From contig CP084166.1 in the NCBI GenBank assembly GCA_021513695.1, positions 1,568,001 through 1,632,000 on the forward strand: DNA of 64,000 nt, written 5' to 3'. The notes beneath the pieces are model-generated. The model was not told the origin of the DNA, made no database searches, and was given only the letters and a program-made list of their open reading frames with translations. Positions 44,201-53,139 of this stretch are shown piece after piece (position 1 is the first letter of the stretch; the number at the start of each line of letters is the position of its first letter). Position numbers and translations under genes: made by a program. Origin of the DNA: Candidatus Heimdallarchaeum aukensis (GTDB lineage: Archaea; Asgardarchaeota; Heimdallarchaeia; Heimdallarchaeales; Heimdallarchaeaceae).

Positions 44201-44406
44201 TCTAGACCTAGTTCTTGTGATATGGTAGTAAAACGCTTTAACAAATCAGAAAAAAGCTGGCGATTATCTTCAATTTTAGCCAATTCTGAAGGAGATTGAG
44301 TATCAATTTGAACAAAATCAAAACAATCTAAATAATGTAATTTGGATACAAGAGGAAGGGAGTCGGAGGGTGACACCTGAACCTTTGAAAGTACTCTTTT
44401 TGCCAT
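41278..44406 (-). CDS. atpI: A/V-type ATPase subunit I (a-subunit), unusually long, with duplicated N-terminal cytoplasmic domain
   Basis: The C-terminal ~330 aa form the membrane domain (EVDPFKIIQFTFPLIFGIMFADVGHG ... SFSRILAMLLVHA ... LRLHWVEFFSKFY). Two successive N-terminal-domain-like units each end in a GW-x-P/K motif (FTLWGWIKPNDY..., TTIWGWVPKDRV...). Confidence 0.85.
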   Translation of the reverse strand: MAKRVLSKVQVSPSDSLPLVSKLHYLDCFDFVQIDTQSPSELAKIEDNRQLFSDLLKRFTTISQELGLDLSDVYSYSEKNYSDVFDASRFLSELKSFLDTHETSLISLFEENHSLTKKHLIADKLHYFRHKFETGDIPLDLLSSGPSTFSIVGEIHHSYKKVISFYIDEITKGLYYFWSIESSNPDFRLVFILTPQEYQDEVLTILENFYFSSIDFELSVFADMFSDEETSKLTVANVHDFLHEKHDEILSQISELRDEHRETLLHFLTFINLMLELFDILEQGRTTQTNFTLWGWIKPNDYLNLEKELKELPFPVKLTQLRDVPLKYKKSKKISKDRGSLTLKEEKTIEKEIPPYHHLGDSKGGALFPKDVEFVKMEVPKEHTRKLISFIHNTGILHQEKIGRQSEDILNDIKQKRQNFTLLSSKISRYKQALGLSIPPAISDSKIAVKDNYDEAISFVEQFIADYGEKIENLSSELKELKAKKTELEAYIPIYSYLSSDVKPYLDDPDFETCTFLGNIPKKNVKAVKFFLNEVSDGQLIFIEVEQPEKSDTVFVYILSLIDYKKSIQQVLEEYSFELLSIDYSMISSESIESQLTNLQTEIEHKEHELDEIREKVEDKIFALEELIETEIKRLETEEKCKTDETTTTIWGWVPKDRVEDLKKETEKLDFPITMSEKQKVPLTNPSMTKHGNKVTKVFRGIVDGMGIPSTHEVDPFKIIQFTFPLIFGIMFADVGHGILLFLIGLFLTYKKNKKNIEPDESMSGFLYKGSELLALSGFSSIIFGFLFGALLGDEVFLPDIYENVLHIEWLPLIEPTKEVPLFLLFSISIGFVIIQLGIWLRFIQNKKYGHGVASWISPIILSIFYVGLFAVLYNLMGAGATSRLIGGNALPSIPKPYSTIFTIIALVSIPLVFLFEYLHEGTEGIMEAIDHLIALFSNTLSFSRILAMLLVHAILSGLPYILAGVDTHNVSALATSWIYWIVGIVWGLVVIVPIEGMFSFLQTLRLHWVEFFSKFYKGEGVQYTPLLEKTKFIQYTTIAGE

Positions 44407-44854
44407 TAATTTCTCACCAGAATAGTAAGCAAGAACAATTTTAAAATCTTCCTACTGAACATAAGACAAAAAAAATAGTGAGCTTGTTACTAAAAAATAT
44501 GAGAAAATATTGGAGAAGAAACAAGAAAGAGAAGAATGAACTACAAAAACAAAGAAGAGAGTTAAAAAATTAAAAAAGAGATTTGAAAAAAGAATTGTTT
44601 GGTTTAAAAACCAGTGAAATTTTTCAATTTTATTCGAGAATAATTATTTTCAAATGGAAAAACAGTAAAAAAGAGAAACAATAACAGATATGCAAATAAT
44701 CAAAAAACAAAAGATGGAAGAAGGATTCATTTAAAAAGAATGACCTAAGAATAACAAAAAGTTTAATAACTTTCTAAAGGTAACTAAGGTCAGTAACCAA
44801 ATAGGTTAGATTTGTAAAAACAAGTCGAAAAAAATTTGAAAAAAACCAAACAAT

Positions 44855-44860
44855 AGGTGA
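44855..44860 (+). promoter_or_regulatory. Shine-Dalgarno-like AGGTGA upstream of the actin gene
   Basis: AGGTGA lies 7 nt before the ATG at 44868. Confidence 0.5.
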
Positions 44861-44867
44861 AAAATTT

Positions 44868-46004
44868 ATGGAAGAAATAGTATCTGATAAACCGTTGGTA
44901 ATAGACAACGGAACAGGATTCACAAAAAATGGATTCGCAGGAGAAGATCAACCAAGAAGTGTGTTCCCAACGCTAATAGGTTATCCAAAATACCAAATAA
45001 TAATGACTGATGTTGAACATTACGTAAGAGAATACTATATAGGAGAAGAAGCACTAAACTTGAGAGGAGTGCTCAAACTAGTATACCCAATAGAACATGG
45101 TCAAATAGGTGACTGGGACGCCATGGAAAGAATCTGGCATTACACCTTCTATAACGACCTTAGAGTTAATCCTAACGAGCATCCTATTTTGCTCACCGAA
45201 CCTCCTCTTAACAAGAATGTCAACAAGGAAAAGATGGCCGAATTAATGTTTGATACCTTTAATGTTCCTGCTATGTATATTAGCATGCAAGCTATTCTTT
45301 CGCTTTATGCTTCTGGTCGTACTACAGGTATTGTAGTCGACAGTGGTGATGGTGTTACACACATCGTTCCTGTTTACGAAGGTTTTGCAATTAGTCATGC
45401 TATTCGCAGAGCTGATATTGGTGGTCGTGATATTACTGACTATCTACGTCGTCTATTAAGACAAAGAGGATATTCCTTAACCAGCAGTGCAGAACGAGAA
45501 ATTGTTCGTGACATTAAGGAACGTCTTTGTTACGTAGCTTTAGATCCTGAAAAAGAACTCAAACTTGCTGAGAAAGTTTCTGGTATGGAAAAGACTTACA
45601 CCTTGCCAGATGGTGAAACTCTAAGCATTGGCGCTGAGCGCTTTATGGCTCCTGAATTGTTCTTCAATCCTGGTGCCATCGGTTCTGAAGAACTTCCTTT
45701 GGATGAACAGATCTATCAAGCTATCACTGATTGTGATGTCGATCTTCGTAGAGATCTTTATTCCAACATTGTTCTTTCTGGTGGATCCACCATGTTCCCA
45801 GGTTTGAAGGAGAGATTACACAAGGAACTTACTGAACTAGTCCCCGAAACTATGGAGGTTAAGATTATCGCTCCACCAGAACGTCGTTACAGTGTTTGGA
45901 TAGGAGGAAGCATCCTCAGTAGTCTTAAGACCTTTACCAAACTTTGGGTGACTAAGAAAGAGTATAAAGAAACTGGTCCTACCGCAGTTTATCGTTGTAT
46001 CTAA
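44868..46004 (+). CDS. Eukaryote-like actin (Asgard 'lokiactin' type)
   Basis: [28 protein letters not shown] vs eukaryotic [94 protein letters not shown] is nearly identical to actin. The C-terminus [12 protein letters not shown]...W..K.EY.E.GP..V.R.C also matches. Confidence 0.95.
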   Translation: MEEIVSDKPLVIDNGTGFTKNGFAGEDQPRSVFPTLIGYPKYQIIMTDVEHYVREYYIGEEALNLRGVLKLVYPIEHGQIGDWDAMERIWHYTFYNDLRVNPNEHPILLTEPPLNKNVNKEKMAELMFDTFNVPAMYISMQAILSLYASGRTTGIVVDSGDGVTHIVPVYEGFAISHAIRRADIGGRDITDYLRRLLRQRGYSLTSSAEREIVRDIKERLCYVALDPEKELKLAEKVSGMEKTYTLPDGETLSIGAERFMAPELFFNPGAIGSEELPLDEQIYQAITDCDVDLRRDLYSNIVLSGGSTMFPGLKERLHKELTELVPETMEVKIIAPPERRYSVWIGGSILSSLKTFTKLWVTKKEYKETGPTAVYRCI

Positions 46005-46185
46005 TTTAACTTGATTGAAATTTATTTAATTCAATCTTTTTTCTTCATTTTTGTGTTTTTCTGTTTTTCTTTTTTCCTATTGGTAAAGTCTTTTCTTCAA
46101 TATTCTCAAATTTTTTTCATTAATTTTTATCGGGTTGAGAAAACTTTATTTTATTCTTTGAGTATACATTCTTTTAGGGGGTATA

Positions 46186-47124
46186 TTGTTGGACGTCAAT
46201 TTACTCAGATCTTATTTATCTGAGCCTAACTATCGCGCTGTTTTATCGGAGATTATACATTCCCATCGTAGCCGTTCTATTGACGAACTTTCTTCTCTTT
46301 TTCCTTCTTTAACTAGTAACTACTCTTTAACTAAAATTTTGAAGAAGTTTGTAGATATAGGTATTATTAAAAGCAAGAAAATTTCCCTTGGTTCTCAAGA
46401 GCGTGAATTTTATTTTCCCAATCGGGAACTTTTACGAAGTAATTTTTATCAAGATTTGCTTTTAGAATATGAAGATCTAAATTATCCAGCCAAACTAGAT
46501 CTGGAATTTACTTATCTTTGGGAAGATTGGCCTCAGTGCCTTGTTGATAATGGTTCTTTAACCCTGTATATTGTCACCAGTACTTATTTACCTGAAAATG
46601 TAGATATTTCACACCTAACAAAGCTTCTTACTGTTTGGGCTTTAAAATATGCAAAACTATCTATTGAAAACATTCATATTTCTAATATTGTTGATATTAA
46701 AGCAACACCAGTTAAAACTAATAATCTAATAGTTATTGGTTCTGGAGAAGTCAACAAGGTTACTGCCGATATTTTATCTCTTTATGGTGACTCTTTACCT
46801 ATTCGTTTTCAATCTAAATCAATATATAGTTCCTTGACTTCCAAAAATTATTCTTCTACAAAAGGTTCTATTGTAGGTTTACTTCCAAATCCCTGGAATC
46901 CTAGCAAAATTGCTTTAATCTGTTCTAGTATGAGTTATTTTGGAACTAATATTTCACTTAAAGCTTTAATTGATGATCTTGATTCAATTATCCATCAAGA
47001 ACCCAGAATTTTATCTAATCACTCTGTTTATTCTGAAATCCCCATTCGTGTTCTTGCATCAGAAGAAAACAACAAGAATAAAGAAAAACTTGAAGGACTG
47101 AAATCTTACACTTTCAAAGAATGA
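46186..47124 (+). CDS. Hypothetical protein with probable N-terminal winged-helix domain, downstream of actin
   Basis: 312 aa with a TTG start. The N-terminal ~80 aa (YRAVLSEIIHSHRSRSIDELSSLF...LTKILKKFVDIGIIKSKK) are wHTH-like. The remainder was not recognised. Confidence 0.5.
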   Translation: MLDVNLLRSYLSEPNYRAVLSEIIHSHRSRSIDELSSLFPSLTSNYSLTKILKKFVDIGIIKSKKISLGSQEREFYFPNRELLRSNFYQDLLLEYEDLNYPAKLDLEFTYLWEDWPQCLVDNGSLTLYIVTSTYLPENVDISHLTKLLTVWALKYAKLSIENIHISNIVDIKATPVKTNNLIVIGSGEVNKVTADILSLYGDSLPIRFQSKSIYSSLTSKNYSSTKGSIVGLLPNPWNPSKIALICSSMSYFGTNISLKALIDDLDSIIHQEPRILSNHSVYSEIPIRVLASEENNKNKEKLEGLKSYTFKE

Positions 47125-47269
47125 CTTCTATGATACTGTTCAAATATACCCCCCTTTTTTTACTATTTCTGCTTTCTTCTTCATATTTTAATTTTCTATT
47201 AAATAATGTAAATCTTAAAGAGGGTTTATAAAAAAAGAGAAACTGAAGTTAACATTTTTAGTTATTTGT

Positions 47270-48058
47270 TCATTTTCCTACATTAACTTCCAGCTTTGGT
47301 AGTTCACCTATTTTCAGTGAAACTATATCCCCCAAATTTATTTTTCCTACTCCCTCAGGTGTTCCTGTTGCAATAATATCTCCTGGCTCTAAAGTCATCA
47401 CTTCTGAGACATATTCTATCATTCTTTCTGGTGGAAAAATCATTTTCTTCGTGTTACTATTTTGTTTTAATTCTCCGTTTACAAATGTTTGAATACTTAA
47501 GTTTTTTACTCGAGTAGTCAAGTCTATCCACGGGCCTAAAGGTCCAAAGGTGTCGAACCCTTTCGCTCTTGTCCACAATCTATCTTTTTTCTGTAAATCT
47601 CTAGCAGTTATATCCAAAAAACCAGTCCAAGCATAATAATCTTCTGGCCATTGTGCTATATCTTCTGCTTTTTCACCTCTTATTTTTCTTCTTATTACTA
47701 GAGCTAGCTCCCCTTCAAAATCCACATGGTTTGACAAAGAAGGATAAATTATTCTTCCCTTGTGAGGAAGTAGAGAACTTGGAGGTTTTAAAAAGATTAT
47801 TGGCTCTTCTGGTACTTCATTACCCAATTCTTTTGCGTGTTCACTATAATTTCTTCCTACACAAACAATTTTTGTTGGAGTTATTGGAATATCAATTTTT
47901 ACCTTTTCTATCTCAATGCCTATTGGATCAAGGTCTATCTCTTCGTGATTTTTTAAGACTTCCTCAATAGGAGATAATATTTCATACACTTTTTCCTCTT
48001 TTTGATCAAATAGCACGTTAAATTTTCTATTTTTATAAATGACCTTTCCTATTAACAA
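47270..48058 (-). CDS. Fumarylacetoacetate hydrolase (FAH) family protein
   Basis: CVGRNYSEHAKELGNEVPEEPIIFLKPPSSL, VDFEGELALVI, and TGTPEGVG near the C-terminus. These are typical FAH / 2-keto-4-pentenoate hydratase family motifs. Confidence 0.85.
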   Translation of the reverse strand: MLIGKVIYKNRKFNVLFDQKEEKVYEILSPIEEVLKNHEEIDLDPIGIEIEKVKIDIPITPTKIVCVGRNYSEHAKELGNEVPEEPIIFLKPPSSLLPHKGRIIYPSLSNHVDFEGELALVIRRKIRGEKAEDIAQWPEDYYAWTGFLDITARDLQKKDRLWTRAKGFDTFGPLGPWIDLTTRVKNLSIQTFVNGELKQNSNTKKMIFPPERMIEYVSEVMTLEPGDIIATGTPEGVGKINLGDIVSLKIGELPKLEVNVGK

Positions 48059-48079
48059 AATAATCCCTTTTTTACTTTT

Positions 48080-49636
48080 TCATTTTTTATGTTTTGTTTT
48101 CTCTTTATTTTTTGTTTTAAATAATTCAAACTTTTCTGGTCGTAATAACATATAAGTTAGCATTCCAATTACTATCATTAATGCTGCAATATAAAAGGTT
48201 ACTCTGTATGAATAAGCATCAGAATTTCCCCCTGAACTTATCCAGTTAGCTATTTTTTGTGAGAACAGAAAGGCAACAATTACAGAAAACACAAAAGAGA
48301 TACTAAAGGATGACATCTGAATACCTTTTGTTTTATTTAACTTGAAATAAGAAATAAAGAATGTAGCTAACCACATACATACGCTTACAATGAAGAATCC
48401 AACATATATTGAAAGAGTCACTAGATTTACGTCAACTATGCTATCTGCAACTGGGCCAGTTATTAATGTCCCCCCTAATCCCCATGACAAATAAAAAGCG
48501 GCATTATAGTAGCCCATCATTTTCCCTCTTATTTCAAGTGGGATAATCTTCGTTATCATTGAATAAGAGATAGTCTGTATCCACACCCTAGATAATCCTA
48601 AAAGAGCCATATAAACAAAGATAAGTACAATAGACGGTGCAAAAGGTAGAATTAATGTTCCAATAAACAAAAAACTAAATCCAACTAACAATAGTGTATG
48701 ATCACTGAAATGTTTAGTTAAAAAACCAACAAGTAATCCACCAATTATTATTGCAATACTACTTGTATTTCTTAATTGAGCAACAATTACATCTGAAGCA
48801 GCAAAAGTTGACGGTAATCTTATGTAAATACTTACCATTTGATTAATGCTATTTCCTCCAATATTTACAATTCCAAGAACTACTAAAATCCACACAAATA
48901 ATTGCCATTCCCAACGTATTTTTTGAGGATTCTCGACAGTGTTATTTTTTCCTTTATTCTCCATACCCTCTTCATTTTTATTCAAAATCGCGTTGTTAAT
49001 TGGCACTACACCACTATCTTCCAGTTCAGCATAAGATTCAGGTATAAGGAACAAGGCTATAATACTGAAAACCATTATTCCTGAAGAAATAAAAAACAGA
49101 TTTCCATTGGAAAATCCCTCTCCACCTAAGTATAAAAATCCACTCGCTGTAACGCCCAATATATTTCCTATTCCTCCAATAAATTGGAGTCTACCCATTA
49201 TTTTTCCTCTTTCAGTTTCTTTTGTTAGATCTGCAATTAATGCAGTCCACCCTAGGTTACTACTACTCCATCCAGCTTCTATTATTGTGAAACCTATGAT
49301 TATTGTATAAGCTGCTGCATGAAGACTCTTGTTTATGGCCATGTTCTTGTGAATGAAATAAACTACAATATAGCCCACAGCGGCGTATAATTCTCCAAAA
49401 ATAATTAATAATCTCCTTTTTTGGAATTTGTCAGAGATTCTCCCCCAAACTGCTGATTGAGTTAAAATGTTAGCAACCATTGGCAATGTTGCATAAAGTG
49501 TCATTTCTGTGTTACTTACACCCAGATTCTCTTTCAAATATATACTTAGAAAAAAATAGAAGATTCCTCTCCTAAACATAGCCATTATCTGAAATATAGA
49601 CAAGCTTACAAAATGCTTATTTCTCAAAGGTTTCAC
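48080..49636 (-). CDS. Major facilitator superfamily transporter
   Basis: 518 aa with about 12-14 hydrophobic segments in two halves separated by a hydrophilic loop. The MFS-like GRISDKFQKRR motif sits after TM2. Confidence 0.8.
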   Translation of the reverse strand: MKPLRNKHFVSLSIFQIMAMFRRGIFYFFLSIYLKENLGVSNTEMTLYATLPMVANILTQSAVWGRISDKFQKRRLLIIFGELYAAVGYIVVYFIHKNMAINKSLHAAAYTIIIGFTIIEAGWSSSNLGWTALIADLTKETERGKIMGRLQFIGGIGNILGVTASGFLYLGGEGFSNGNLFFISSGIMVFSIIALFLIPESYAELEDSGVVPINNAILNKNEEGMENKGKNNTVENPQKIRWEWQLFVWILVVLGIVNIGGNSINQMVSIYIRLPSTFAASDVIVAQLRNTSSIAIIIGGLLVGFLTKHFSDHTLLLVGFSFLFIGTLILPFAPSIVLIFVYMALLGLSRVWIQTISYSMITKIIPLEIRGKMMGYYNAAFYLSWGLGGTLITGPVADSIVDVNLVTLSIYVGFFIVSVCMWLATFFISYFKLNKTKGIQMSSFSISFVFSVIVAFLFSQKIANWISSGGNSDAYSYRVTFYIAALMIVIGMLTYMLLRPEKFELFKTKNKEKTKHKK

Positions 49637-49875
49637 TCCAAGGAATAATTTACTTTTCGTCGTTTTGCTTTTTTTTGTAACGAATAAATAGTTTGTGTTT
49701 TGCCTATTTTTGTAATAAAAAAATTAAGTTAAAGTAAACTTTTTTATATCGGTGCAATTTTCCTCTTTTGAGGACAATGAATCCTGGTGAATATGAAACA
49801 ATACAGTAAAATGCTTTCTTTTGGTTTAGTAGTTTATCTTTGTCCTCTTGGGAAAAAATGTTTTAAGGTGGAAAG

Positions 49876-51801
49876 ATGGTAGAAGTAAAAGTAAAATTAC
49901 CTGATAACAACGAGATTACCATTGAAAAGGGTAAAACAGTATTGGATTTAGCCAATAAAATAAGCCCTAATTTAGCAAAAGCATCTTTAGCAGCAAAAGT
50001 AGATGATAAATTAGTGGATCTTACTTACCCAATTGAACAAGATTGCAAAGTAGAATTAATTACAGCCAGATCAGATGAAGCTTTTCATATTCTAAATCAC
50101 AGTGCGGCTCACGTATTAGCTAGTGCTGTCGTCGAATTGTTTCCTGAAGCGAAGCCAACTATTGGACCCTCTGTTGATGAGGGATTTTATTACGATTTCG
50201 AGGTAAAAAAGCCCTTTTCTCAAGAGGATTTGGAAAAAATAGAAAAGAAAATGATAGAGATAATAGAAGAAGATACTCCGTTTATTAGAGAAGAAGTTCC
50301 AATTCAAGAAGCCATTAAGTACTATAAAACAGTTGAAAAAAACAAATTCAAAGTAGAAATATTGGAAGAGATGCCAGATGTTGGCACCGTTTCTTTTTAC
50401 TCTCATCGAAACGGTAAATTCAAAGATCTTTGTAGAGGACCACATGTTCCATCAACGAAAAAAATTAAAGCTGTAAAAGTGTTAAACGCTTCTTCTGCAT
50501 TCTGGAGAGGAGATGCAAAAAGAGAATCTCTTCAACGAGTATATGGTATTGCTTTTACTGACGCTAAAAAACTAAAGAAGCACTTGAAAATGCTTGAAGA
50601 AGCAAAGAAACGTGATCATAGAATTTTAGGTCCTCAACTTGACCTATTCGATACTGCAGATGAATGGGGGCCTGGGATGCCATTAATCTATCCTAAAGGC
50701 ACAATCCTTCTAGATACAATCAAAGAGTTTTGGAAAAAAGAACACAAAAAAGCAGGGTATAAGGTTGTTCAAACTCCTCATCTGTTCAAAGAGATAGTTT
50801 GGAAAACGAGTGGGCATCTAGACTACTACATTGAAAACATGTATCCAGTTGACGCTAGAGGTGAACGTTGGTATGTTAAACCTATGAATTGTCCAGGACA
50901 TATGATGATCTTTAATAGAAAAACATATTCCTACAGAGAATTACCTGAAAAAATTGCAGAAATGGGTACTGTATATAGATACGAACTTTCAGGAGTACTT
51001 CATGGTTTATTCAGAATTCGAGGTTTTACCCAAGATGATAGTCACATTTTCATGCTTCCGGAGCAACTAGAAGACGAGATAGTAAAGATTATTGAAATGG
51101 TTAATCATTTTTATAAAGTGTTTGGATTCAAAGAGTGGGAATTTTTCATTAGTACAAGACCAGAGAAGTCTATTGGAACTGACGAAGGCTGGGAACACGC
51201 CACCAAATCTTTAATGAATGCTATAGAAAGAGTTGGAATCAAATACAAGGTTAAGCAAGGAGATGGAGCTTTCTATGGACCAAAGATTGATGTTGATGTT
51301 AAAGATGCAATTGGAAGACGTTGGCAATTAGCAACTATACAAGTAGATTTTAACTTACCTGAGAGATTTGATATAAATTACATAGGAGAAGATGGTCAAA
51401 AACATAGACCATTTGTTATTCACAGAGTCATATACGGTGCCTTAGAACGGTTTTTAGCTATATTAGTCGAGCATTATGCAGGAAAATTGCCAATATGGTT
51501 GAGCCCTGTACAAGCAATTGTTATTCCTATTACTGATGAACATATAGAATATGCAAAAATGGTTGCAACGGCACTTGATAATGAAGGAATTAGAGCAGAA
51601 GCTGATCTTTCTGGAGAGCGAATGGAGTACAAAATAAGACAAGCTACTCTTCAAAAAATACCTTACATTATTAACGTTGGTGGAAAAGAAATAGAGAACA
51701 ACACTATAGCTGTTCGTGATCGAACAAATAAAGTAAGATTTGGCGTTAAGATTGAAGAATTCGTTAAAGAAGTCAAAGAAAAAATAGCAAATTATGAATA
51801 A
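49876..51801 (+). CDS. thrS: Threonyl-tRNA synthetase
   Basis: N-terminal TGS domain (VKVKLPDNNEITIEKGKTVLDLA), the HSAAHVLA second-additional-domain motif, a class II core (FRIRGFTQDDSHIF, GAFYGPKID), and a C-terminal anticodon-binding domain. Confidence 0.95.
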   Translation: MVEVKVKLPDNNEITIEKGKTVLDLANKISPNLAKASLAAKVDDKLVDLTYPIEQDCKVELITARSDEAFHILNHSAAHVLASAVVELFPEAKPTIGPSVDEGFYYDFEVKKPFSQEDLEKIEKKMIEIIEEDTPFIREEVPIQEAIKYYKTVEKNKFKVEILEEMPDVGTVSFYSHRNGKFKDLCRGPHVPSTKKIKAVKVLNASSAFWRGDAKRESLQRVYGIAFTDAKKLKKHLKMLEEAKKRDHRILGPQLDLFDTADEWGPGMPLIYPKGTILLDTIKEFWKKEHKKAGYKVVQTPHLFKEIVWKTSGHLDYYIENMYPVDARGERWYVKPMNCPGHMMIFNRKTYSYRELPEKIAEMGTVYRYELSGVLHGLFRIRGFTQDDSHIFMLPEQLEDEIVKIIEMVNHFYKVFGFKEWEFFISTRPEKSIGTDEGWEHATKSLMNAIERVGIKYKVKQGDGAFYGPKIDVDVKDAIGRRWQLATIQVDFNLPERFDINYIGEDGQKHRPFVIHRVIYGALERFLAILVEHYAGKLPIWLSPVQAIVIPITDEHIEYAKMVATALDNEGIRAEADLSGERMEYKIRQATLQKIPYIINVGGKEIENNTIAVRDRTNKVRFGVKIEEFVKEVKEKIANYE

Positions 51802-51814
51802 TTTTTTATATTTT

Positions 51815-52960
51815 TTATTTTTCTTTAAATAGTTCAACAATTGTTTTGAACAACAAATTTGAATAAGTCACGACCTCATCCTTTAATGTATATTCATCAG
51901 TCACATGTAATTTATCCAATCTACCAGGACCAAAAATCACAAAATCAGTATTGTTAGGTGGAACCAATACTGCACCATCTGTACCGTAGGTAACACCTAT
52001 TACTTCCAAAATGCCTTTTTCTTTGAGTTTTTCTTTTAATTTGTCTAAAAATGCTATTTCTGAATTTGATTCAATTGGAGGAATAACATGTACTTCTTCA
52101 AACTCTGCTCGTGCATCCTCTTTAGAATTAAACTGATCTAATACTCTATTTATTTTCATTCTTATTTCATTATAATCGACAGAAGGAACAACTCTATAGT
52201 CTAGAGTAAATTCACAATATTCAGGAACAACGTTGAAAGAAGTCCCCCCGCTTATTTTACCAATATTAAGAGTTGAGTTGTTTAAAAGAGGATGCTTAGT
52301 TGATGGTATAGTTTTCTTAATTTTGGCTATTAATTCAGCAGCTTTCTCTATAGCATTAACTCCCAACTCAGGAGTTGAGCCATGAGCTGACTTGCCGTAT
52401 ACCTTTATTTTTGCCCAATATACACCTTTTTGAGCTATTGAAAGTTTTAATTCTGTTGGCTCACCTATTATAAGAAAGTGAGTCGAATCCATTATATCAG
52501 TGTTTAAAGCAGCTTTAGCACCCCCCATTCCTACTTCTTCATCACTTGTTATTAACAACTTAATTTTTTTTGTTAACTTTATGTTCTTTTCTTTTAATTT
52601 TAACAAAATTGCTATATATGACGCAATAGAGCCTTTCATGTCTGTTGCTCCTCGCCCATATATTCGTCCATTATGCTCAATCCCTTCAAAAGGATTAAAA
52701 GTCCATTTTTCTTCATCTCCAGGGGGAACAACATCAATATGTCCACATAGTACTATGCTTTCTTTACCAGATCCATATTCCGCAAAAAGATTGGCTCGAT
52801 CTTCTGAATACTTTTGAATTTCACATTGTATGCCTTTTTCAGAAAGAATTTTTTTCACATAATTAATCGCGTTTATTGTTTTTCCAGGAGGATTTACTGT
52901 TTTAAACTGGATGAGTTTTTGCAATATTGGAATTACTTCTTTTTCTTTTATTTCATTCAT
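51815..52960 (-). CDS. M20-family metallopeptidase/deacylase (ArgE/DapE type)
   Basis: CGHIDVVPPG, GRGATDMKG and TSDEEVG metal-ligand motifs, plus a dimerisation-domain insert. 381 aa. Confidence 0.85.
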   Translation of the reverse strand: MNEIKEKEVIPILQKLIQFKTVNPPGKTINAINYVKKILSEKGIQCEIQKYSEDRANLFAEYGSGKESIVLCGHIDVVPPGDEEKWTFNPFEGIEHNGRIYGRGATDMKGSIASYIAILLKLKEKNIKLTKKIKLLITSDEEVGMGGAKAALNTDIMDSTHFLIIGEPTELKLSIAQKGVYWAKIKVYGKSAHGSTPELGVNAIEKAAELIAKIKKTIPSTKHPLLNNSTLNIGKISGGTSFNVVPEYCEFTLDYRVVPSVDYNEIRMKINRVLDQFNSKEDARAEFEEVHVIPPIESNSEIAFLDKLKEKLKEKGILEVIGVTYGTDGAVLVPPNNTDFVIFGPGRLDKLHVTDEYTLKDEVVTYSNLLFKTIVELFKEK

Positions 52961-53139
52961 TATTGTTCTTGAGGAATTGAAGCCCCTTCTATAAAATTTT
53001 TTTCTATTGATGTTCTTTAGATTCTCAATGTTTTAAAAACGAAAATTTGCACCTAAAAATAAGATACTTGTAATCAAATTTTCCAGATATTACATTCATT
53101 TTAAAAACCCCTCATAATTGTGTTGTTGGTTGAACCATC

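Noticed and set aside
46011-46223. A 70-aa Phe-rich ORF right after the actin gene.
   Set aside because: It lies in the oligo-T terminator region of the actin gene. Its composition (FFFIFVFFCFSFF) reflects T-runs, and it overlaps the start of the more credible 312-aa ORF.
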